IMG/VR virus record: IMGVR_UViG_3300037350_000014 | Span: 1 to 43,898 of that record | Length of the DNA stretch: 43,898 nt | Strand: one strand, 5' to 3' | DNA from: a virus | Lineage: Duplodnaviria; Caudoviricetes | In this document: one piece after another, positions 7,217 through 13,052 of the stretch | Position numbering within the stretch: the first letter of the stretch is position 1 | Layout: each line of letters starts with the position of its first letter | Position numbers and translations under genes: made by a program | Notes under the pieces: generated by a model | What the model saw: only the letters and a program-made list of their open reading frames with translations | The model's database searches: none | What the model was told of the DNA's origin: nothing

Positions 7217-8058
7217 GCACCGTAATTGTCGCGGTCCTGCGTGTCGCTGTAACTTTCGCGGTCCTGTCCCTCTGTGCCGTCGTAGTCGCCTACCTTCGCA
7301 CGCAGCGTCGGATCGCGGTTAATCGCGCACAGCACGCAGCCGCGTTTACGCGCCTCCCTCCGCTGCGTGAGCCACCCGCAGACCTTGCAGCGTCCGCTAC
7401 GGTCCATGCCCGTCATGTTCCGCGTACGTTTGGCTGTCATGACGCGCGCTCGCGTTCTGCCAGCCAATCGGCGTAATACGCGGCGTACGGATCGGCCGGC
7501 GTACCCGCTGCGACATCGGCCGACATGCGCCGCGATGTCCTCCGCGCGGCGTACCGCCTCCTCGTGGCTGATGTGCCCGGAGTACGCGCAGTCGTCCGGG
7601 TGGACGTTCCGATCCGTTCCGCAGTCCGCACACGCCATCGTCGCGCGGTACTGCCGTGCCCGTCGCGCGTCCAACTTGCCCAGCACGACGGCCAAACGCT
7701 CGGCGTACGCCCGTCTCGCCGTGTCCGCCGTGATACGGGCCACCAAACGCCCGCCGTCGTTCGTTCCGCCATCCTGCAAGAACCGATACACGCGCACGTC
7801 ACGCACAAAGGCGTCAAACGCCTTGCGATGCGCTGGGGTTTCCTTGCCCTTGTTCTGGCAGTCGGTGTAGAGCGCGGCTGCGCGTTTCGTCAATTCGACG
7901 GGCAGTGTGTTCGCGGAACCAAAGTCTCGGCAGTAGAACAAGAGCCCATGCCGCACGTTGCGAGACTTCCAATACGCGAGCCGGTCAGCATGGGAAAGGG
8001 TAGCAATCTCCGCCACCACATCAGGACGTTGCCACCGGGGAACGTAGGTCGCGCTCAT
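7213..8058 (-). CDS. Hypothetical protein, probably two genes (8058-7437 and 7440-7213) fused by a 1-nt frameshift
   Basis: Arg-rich, off-frame-looking segment 7440-7530; the alternative frame ends in an ATGA overlap at 7437-7440. Confidence 0.5.
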   Translation of the reverse strand: MSATYVPRWQRPDVVAEIATLSHADRLAYWKSRNVRHGLLFYCRDFGSANTLPVELTKRAAALYTDCQNKGKETPAHRKAFDAFVRDVRVYRFLQDGGTNDGGRLVARITADTARRAYAERLAVVLGKLDARRARQYRATMACADCGTDRNVHPDDCAYSGHISHEEAVRRAEDIAAHVGRCRSGYAGRSVRRVLRRLAGRTRARVMTAKRTRNMTGMDRSGRCKVCGWLTQRREARKRGCVLCAINRDPTLRAKVGDYDGTEGQDRESYSDTQDRDNYGA

Positions 8059-8303
8059 CGGGCACCGTCCATCGGCTTCTCGAACACGACGGGCGTATCA
8101 GCCGTCACGAATCGGCCGTACGTCGTGTCGTAGTCCGCGAAGTGACGACGAATCGCATCATCAGACGGTGCGCCTATTGCGATCTCGTAAACCGGCTGAA
8201 TCAGTGCAAGGCCGCGACGGGCGCGCCGTGACGTGCGAATCAGCCACGAACCAGAACACGTACCCGCCAGTGGTTTGACGTAGAGCCGCAGGCGCGCCAT
8301 CAC
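8055..8303 (-). CDS. Hypothetical protein
   Basis: 4-nt overlaps with both neighbours. Confidence 0.55.
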   Translation of the reverse strand: MMARLRLYVKPLAGTCSGSWLIRTSRRARRGLALIQPVYEIAIGAPSDDAIRRHFADYDTTYGRFVTADTPVVFEKPMDGAR

Positions 8304-8491
8304 AGACCCGCCTTTCGGTCAGAGTCCATCAGGTGCAGCTTCGCCCGCGTCAAGGTGTCAAGGGCGAACTGATACGGCACCCGTGCCGCATACATGGCCG
8401 GTGTCCATCGCGCGATGACCTGCGGATAGGGGAACACCGCGTACGACGCATCGTGTAACACCCGAATCGCGTCAGCCGTGGCCGGGGTCAT
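8300..8491 (-). CDS. Hypothetical protein
   Basis: 4-nt overlaps with both neighbours. Confidence 0.55.
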   Translation of the reverse strand: MTPATADAIRVLHDASYAVFPYPQVIARWTPAMYAARVPYQFALDTLTRAKLHLMDSDRKAGL

Positions 8492-8715
8492 CGAGCACCC
8501 GCCACGAAGTGAGACGCGCGCACATCAGGACGGATGTCTCGACGCTTGGAATCTGAGCAGGGCCACGACTCGCCGCAACCCGCGCACCGCCGGTGAGAAT
8601 ACAGGTCTACGCCTTCGTCAGCGGCCTCCTGGACCACATCATCGCAGCCAGCGCAGAAGGCATCACCACATTCGCAAACAGTACCAAGGAATCGTCTATC
8701 GGAAGGTTTCGGCAT
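8488..8715 (-). CDS. Small Cys-rich protein, first gene of the leftward early operon
   Basis: CECG..CAGC..CAGC..WPC; downstream of the promoter at 8767-8795. Confidence 0.55.
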   Translation of the reverse strand: MPKPSDRRFLGTVCECGDAFCAGCDDVVQEAADEGVDLYSHRRCAGCGESWPCSDSKRRDIRPDVRASHFVAGAR

Positions 8716-8766
8716 ACTCGCCCCGTTTCACACAGTCCGGAAGGCCAATCCCTCCGCGACATGACC

Positions 8767-8795
8767 ATCCTATAGACGTTGCAATCCCATTGCAA
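8767..8795 (-). promoter_or_regulatory. Leftward sigma70-type early promoter overlapped by a palindromic operator
   Basis: Minus strand TTGCAA-17 nt-TAGGAT; perfect inverted repeat TTGCAAT-CCC-ATTGCAA at 8779-8795. Confidence 0.65.
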
Positions 8796-9118
8796 GCGCA
8801 ATCTGCGCAAATCAACGCCCAACCGAAAAGAAAAATCAGTCGGTGAGCCGAAGGCGAACCATCATCGCACTGGCGAACCACTTCCCCTCTCACATCGCAC
8901 CCAAACCAACCAGCAACCAGCACAACCAGCACGCAAGGCAATCAGATAATCCAACCCCTGCACCTTATCGACATTCACGTATCGGTTAATGTGGCGTTCA
9001 TGTTGGTAATGGGCGCGATTGGTGTGCGTTAGTGTCGCTTCTGCGTGCATCGAATCGGTATCTGCGTGCATCGCGTGGTGATGCGCGCGTTTGGTCTTGA
9101 TTGTGGGGAATGGTCGCG

Positions 9119-9263
9119 CGGACGAACAGCTCGGTAGAGCTGGAGTCGCGCAGCATGGCCCTTGGGCTTGCGGATGGTCGGATGGTCAGCCAGGCCGGCG
9201 ATCGAGCTTTGCCTCAAAGAGCGCGCCAATCGTCCGTAAGATCGGGGCACCTGCGAGGCACCC
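9119..9263 (-). ncRNA. Candidate structured non-coding RNA
   Basis: Five stems; most non-Watson-Crick positions are G-U wobbles on the minus strand; promoter-like elements directly upstream. Confidence 0.4.
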
Positions 9264-9267
9264 TGAG

Positions 9268-9314
9268 ACTGTAGCACACGAACGAAAGCGTAATGTCATC
9301 ACCAATACTGTCAA
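9268..9314 (-). promoter_or_regulatory. Leftward promoter(s)
   Basis: Extended -10 TG-C-TACAGT (9276-9268) and TTGACA-16 nt-TACGCT (9314-9287). Confidence 0.5.
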
Positions 9315-9504
9315 TCACTTGCGGTTACGTTGTTCTACGTAATGACCAAATAAGCGCGACCAATGTTCATTAAGCGATCGTCGAGTTAGACCCCCGTGTC
9401 GCCTTGGGCATCGTGCGAGGGCATGCGCCCAACAATTCCAGGCAAGACGGGGGGAGGCCCCCGCGAGTTGAGGACGAAACAGTTGGGGGGTCGGTGGGAG
9501 ATTT

Positions 9505-9705
9505 TTATGATCTGGGGAAGCGTTCGGCTATGAGGGAGGAGAAGGTTCGCCCCTTGCGTGGCGACGGTTTGCCTTTGGTGTTCCGTCCGTTTCGGATGGC
9601 GTTTTCGAGAATGCGTTCTGGAGTGTCTGACGAGTTCGGCGTTCGACCCAAGTCGCGGAGTCTTCGGACGAAGGTGACGGCGGCTGGGTCGCGATGAAGA
9701 CTCAT
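9505..9705 (-). CDS. Possible small basic protein
   Basis: ATG-started 66-aa ORF downstream of the 9726..10082 gene; no clear SD. Confidence 0.35.
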   Translation of the reverse strand: MSLHRDPAAVTFVRRLRDLGRTPNSSDTPERILENAIRNGRNTKGKPSPRKGRTFSSLIAERFPRS

Positions 9706-9725
9706 GGGTGTGGGCGCGGGGTCGG

Positions 9726-10082
9726 CTACGGGGTGGACATTGCAGCGAGAATCGCGGTCAGTTCAGCGTGGAGTTGCTTGACGCATTTCGGACAGAGCGT
9801 GACGGTGGCGCTTTCGCAGTCGAGTTCCTCGCCGATTTGCACAGTGGGCCGGCCGTACTCGTGACAACCATTGCACCATTCTCCGGTCCACGCGTTGTTT
9901 CCCACGAGTGCATCGACCTCTGTGGCGCGCGCGTTTGGCCCCAATCCGACCAAGGCTTCGTAGATGCGCTGGGAATTGCCATGGAGGTTGAACCCCCATG
10001 CACCGTTTCGTAGATAGACGCCTTTCCAGCGATCGGCGACCGTCGCTGGGTTCACGGTGATGACTCTGGCGAGGACGTCCAT
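9726..10082 (-). CDS. Zinc-binding hypothetical protein, probably leaderless
   Basis: WCNGC..LCPKC; ATG 10082 lies 7 nt after TG-C-TAGACT. Confidence 0.65.
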   Translation of the reverse strand: MDVLARVITVNPATVADRWKGVYLRNGAWGFNLHGNSQRIYEALVGLGPNARATEVDALVGNNAWTGEWCNGCHEYGRPTVQIGEELDCESATVTLCPKCVKQLHAELTAILAAMSTP

Positions 10083-10089
10083 GAATCGG

Positions 10090-10129
10090 AGTCTAGCATA
10101 TTGACCTGCCCGTTTGGGTGGTGTAGAGT
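10090..10129. promoter_or_regulatory. Back-to-back divergent promoters
   Basis: Plus strand TTGACC-17 nt-TAGAGT (10101-10129); minus strand extended -10 TGCTAGACT (10098-10090). Confidence 0.65.
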
Positions 10130-10148
10130 CGGCGGCGAGGTGAAGCGT

Positions 10149-10475
10149 ATGGCGGTTCAGGTATTGGGCGGGCAGGGCGGGTATTCGACATCGACGGCGG
10201 CATCGAGCGCGCCGCGGACGTTCGGGCAGGAGCAGTTCGACACAATCGCTCGACAACTGGACGACTTGACTGAGATAGCAAGCTCACTGGAGCAGCGATT
10301 TTCGAGTGTGCTTGCGCCATGCACGCCGACGCCGGCCATGCAGCACGACGCCAACAAAACCCCTGCCATCCAGGGGTCGATGTCGCACCAAGCGCAGGTA
10401 CTCCGCAAGATCAGCGATCGGCTGATGCAGATTCACGGTGCGCTCTCGGACATGCACGGGCGCTGCGAATTGTAG
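10149..10475 (+). CDS. Hypothetical helical protein
   Basis: GAGGTG SD before ATG 10149. Confidence 0.65.
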   Translation: MAVQVLGGQGGYSTSTAASSAPRTFGQEQFDTIARQLDDLTEIASSLEQRFSSVLAPCTPTPAMQHDANKTPAIQGSMSHQAQVLRKISDRLMQIHGALSDMHGRCEL

Positions 10476-10477
10476 CG

Positions 10478-10588
10478 ATGGCTAAGCGTCGGTGTCGTCG
10501 TCGGCGGTTCGAGACGCAGGGGTCGGCGCCGGGTCGGGCGTATTTCTGTCGGGTGTGCCGGGCGTGGCACCTGGCGCGGGTGAAGTGA
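10478..10588 (+). CDS. Tiny Zn-finger-like protein (YxCxxCxxWHL)
   Basis: MAKRRC..RAYFCRVCRAWHLA; TGATG-coupled to the next gene. Confidence 0.55.
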   Translation: MAKRRCRRRRFETQGSAPGRAYFCRVCRAWHLARVK

Positions 10589-10965
10589 TGGAAAAGTCGA
10601 TGGAGGTCGCGACGATTAACAGCGTACACATCAGTCGTCGTCAAGCCGGTGTCGCTCTAACGTGCGGATCGACGCGGCTGCTGTTCACGTTGGACAAGGT
10701 TCCCGACTTGATCGTCGCGATTCAGCAGTGTGCACTCATGGTGTGGCATCCAGAGCCGGTGCATCGTTGCGACATCCGACCTGGCGGATATTTCAAGCAC
10801 GTCGGATCGTCACTGGTGTCTCGCGCCGTCTCGGGGAACTGCGATGCTGATGGACGGCTGTGGTCCGTGACGGAAGGTCACGCGCTCGTGTGGTTCATGG
10901 GTCATGATCCCGTGATCCGAGTAACGGGGTTCTCGGGCGAGACGCATGATCTGCTGGAGGCGTGA
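10588..10965 (+). CDS. Hypothetical protein
   Basis: TGATG coupling at both ends. Confidence 0.55.
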   Translation: MEKSMEVATINSVHISRRQAGVALTCGSTRLLFTLDKVPDLIVAIQQCALMVWHPEPVHRCDIRPGGYFKHVGSSLVSRAVSGNCDADGRLWSVTEGHALVWFMGHDPVIRVTGFSGETHDLLEA

Positions 10966-11087
10966 TGCACTGCTGGGTTCTTCTGCGTCGGCATCGGTGG
11001 TCGCGGTGGTTCCAGCAGCGGAGCGGCGACACGTTCGTGCGCAACTGCATCGACTGTGGGAGACGTCAGCCGATGCGGTTGCCGTGA
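10965..11087 (+). CDS. Tiny C..H.W..CxxC protein (DUF1660-like pattern)
   Basis: MHCWVLLRRHRW..RNCIDCG; GGAGG SD and TGATG overlap. Confidence 0.45.
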   Translation: MHCWVLLRRHRWSRWFQQRSGDTFVRNCIDCGRRQPMRLP

Positions 11088-11149
11088 TGTGCAATCGGGG
11101 ACATCGGGTGGACGCGGCGGGCGCGTAGAGTGCGCGGTGAGGTGATCCC

Positions 11150-11344
11150 ATGCCGTTGATTCAGGTCGTGATTGTGCTCATCGTAGTCGGCGTGCTGTTG
11201 TGGCTCGTGAACTCGTACATTCCGATGGACGGGAAGATCAAGAACATCCTGAACGTCGTGGTGGTGATTGCGGTGGTGCTGTGGGTGTTGTCGCTGTTCC
11301 TGCCGGGACTCGGTGGTGTGGGAAACATCCGCGTCGGGCGGTGA
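11150..11344 (+). CDS. Thivi_2564-family two-TM membrane protein
   Basis: LIVVGVLLWLVNSYIPMDGKIKNILNVVVVIAVVLW; GAGGTG SD. Confidence 0.8.
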   Translation: MPLIQVVIVLIVVGVLLWLVNSYIPMDGKIKNILNVVVVIAVVLWVLSLFLPGLGGVGNIRVGR

Positions 11345-11345
11345 G

Positions 11346-11374
11346 TTGACGGCGCGGTCGTCGCGGCGCAGAAT
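11346..11374 (+). promoter_or_regulatory. Sigma70-type promoter for the tRNA/packaging operon
   Basis: TTGACG-17 nt-CAGAAT. Confidence 0.55.
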
Positions 11375-11393
11375 GAGCGCGGAGGTTTGACCG

Positions 11394-11582
11394 ATGGCCC
11401 GCATTCATGAAAACTCGACCGATCCGCACGCGCACTCGTCGGCCGGCGTGAAGTCCGCGATCTCGAAGGGCGCTTCGCAATTCCAGAAGCACCACGGCGA
11501 CGGCGAGGCCAAGGCCCAGCCGCAGCCGTCGAAGTCGGGCGGTATGGCGCCGTGTCCTGACACCGACAAAGACGGGATGTAG
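11394..11582 (+). CDS. Small hydrophilic hypothetical protein
   Basis: GGAGG SD; 62 aa. Confidence 0.6.
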   Translation: MARIHENSTDPHAHSSAGVKSAISKGASQFQKHHGDGEAKAQPQPSKSGGMAPCPDTDKDGM

Positions 11583-11590
11583 GAGTTCGA

Positions 11591-11665
11591 CGCGGGGTAG
11601 CTCAGTGGTAGAGCGCGTGGTTCATACCCACGATGTCGCCGGTTCAATTCCGGCTCCCGCAACCA
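11591..11665 (+). tRNA. tRNA-Met(CAU) with an initiator-like acceptor stem
   Basis: Full cloverleaf, anticodon CAT at 11623-11625, GTTCAA T-loop, encoded CCA, C1xA72 mismatch. Confidence 0.95.
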
Positions 11666-11669
11666 TCCT

Positions 11670-11876
11670 CGGCGCGCGTGATGGACGTGGGGTCGCTCGC
11701 CCGAGTTGCCCGACCCGTTCGTCCGCGCGCCGTGGTGTTGGAGTTAGACCTTCGCGGCACGGCGGTTCCACGCTTGACAGCGCGCTTGACTGTTGCGGTC
11801 GCGCGCTCCGGCCATTCACCCCTTCTTCTGGCCGGCGCTGGGGAGCCTCAACGTGATAATCGCGCGTGCTGCGAAG
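11670..11876 (+). ncRNA. Candidate structured ncRNA between the tRNA and the small terminase
   Basis: Long interrupted hairpin 11670-11732 plus a multibranch domain 11750-11876 with plus-strand G-U pairs. Confidence 0.55.
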
Positions 11877-11888
11877 ATGGACTGACCG

Positions 11889-12518
11889 ATGGCTGAAGCC
11901 GAACCTGTCCCCGTCGTGATCGACCCCACCGCTGCGGCGATGTCGGAGTTGGTCCGCGCACAGACGGCGGAAGCTGCGGTTGCACAATTGGCGTCGATCC
12001 GGCGCACGGTCTCGAGCACGCGGGATCGTGAAGGCCGGATCAAGCGCGCGAAGTTCGTCGCAGCGGTCCTCGCAATGCGGATGGAAGGATTCTCTCCGCA
12101 GGAGTCCGCAAAGATTCTCGGCGTCTCGTTCGGTCAGGTGACGTGGGCGCTGAAGCAAGTCCGCAAGGACGCTTCGATACCAGAACAACTCGACCGGCTC
12201 GACAAGATCGGCGTGGCCCTCGCGGTCGATAATGTGCTCAAGGGCATCATCGACGGCGACAAAGAATACACGCTGCGGCTGATGGACGGGCGCGGCCTAT
12301 TCCGGTCGCACAAGAGCGTCCAGGCGGAAGTTCGCGAGACGGTGTTGCAGTTGCAGGTCGTAGTGGATCAGCCGAAGTTCGCGGCGGCGGCAGCGGCGGT
12401 GCCGAAGTCGGTTGGTGCTGGCACGACGGCTCCCACGACGCTTTCGACGCTGACTGGCATGGTCGGATCGATCGACGCTTCGCTCGGCGCGCTCGTCACG
12501 ACCGAGACGGATCGCTGA
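11889..12518 (+). CDS. Putative terminase small subunit (HTH)
   Basis: HTH-like RMEGFSPQESAKILGVSFGQVTWALK; upstream of TerL. Confidence 0.6.
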   Translation: MAEAEPVPVVIDPTAAAMSELVRAQTAEAAVAQLASIRRTVSSTRDREGRIKRAKFVAAVLAMRMEGFSPQESAKILGVSFGQVTWALKQVRKDASIPEQLDRLDKIGVALAVDNVLKGIIDGDKEYTLRLMDGRGLFRSHKSVQAEVRETVLQLQVVVDQPKFAAAAAAVPKSVGAGTTAPTTLSTLTGMVGSIDASLGALVTTETDR

Positions 12519-12799
12519 TGGCGAACGGGTTCAATTCGGAGGCGCAACGCGCGAAGTGGGACCAGTTGTTGAGTGAAGGCAAGGTCACGCTGCGGCAGTA
12601 CGCGCTGAGGGCGCTCGATTCTCCGACAACCGACGAGCAGATGACGAACCTGTTCGAACGAGGCGCGATCACGAAGCTCGAATACCAGAACTACAATCGA
12701 GGGCCATCGTTGCCGACGCTGCCGGAGCGCACAACGCCACGCAAGCGCACCGTTGGGGCGTCACGCGCGCCGAACGCGGCCCATCATCCCCGCTACTGA
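12518..12799 (+). CDS. Hypothetical protein
   Basis: TGATG-coupled; FNSEAQR..LPER pattern with an internal duplication (LLSEGKVT / LFERGAIT). Confidence 0.6.
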   Translation: MANGFNSEAQRAKWDQLLSEGKVTLRQYALRALDSPTTDEQMTNLFERGAITKLEYQNYNRGPSLPTLPERTTPRKRTVGASRAPNAAHHPRY

Positions 12800-12803
12800 C
12801 ACC

Positions 12804-13049
12804 ATGCCGAGAAAACGCGCAGACAAGACGTCGCTCTGGGTCAATCTTTCGTCGGCAGAGTTGAAAACAATCGACAAGATGGGCAAGCGCATCCGATCGT
12901 CGGCCTCGCTGCCGTCTCCACTCACCGCGGCGAACGTCATTCGCATTGCGCTCCGTCGTACCGCGCTCGGACACCTCGCGATGAGCCTTCCAGACGACGT
13001 GTTCGCGATCGTCCCCACCGGCCGGCCCAAGCGCACGACGGCGGCGTGA
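12804..13049 (+). CDS. Putative ribbon-helix-helix DNA-binding protein (paralog of 39203..39430)
   Basis: Alternating beta strand SLWVNL, then LSSAEL helix and NVIRIALRR helix. Confidence 0.55.
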   Translation: MPRKRADKTSLWVNLSSAELKTIDKMGKRIRSSASLPSPLTAANVIRIALRRTALGHLAMSLPDDVFAIVPTGRPKRTTAA

Positions 13050-13052
13050 TCG

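Noticed and set aside
9029-9277. 82-aa minus-strand ORF over the candidate ncRNA
   Set aside because: No SD, atypical composition, and its start overlaps the promoter motif; RNA structure explains the region better
11591-11665. tRNA as an attP integration site
   Set aside because: No integrase is recognisable and no duplicated tRNA fragment was seen
11666-11760. HDV-like (theta) ribozyme in the tRNA 3' trailer
   Set aside because: I could not build the nested double pseudoknot or find the L3 consensus; a simple long hairpin fits better
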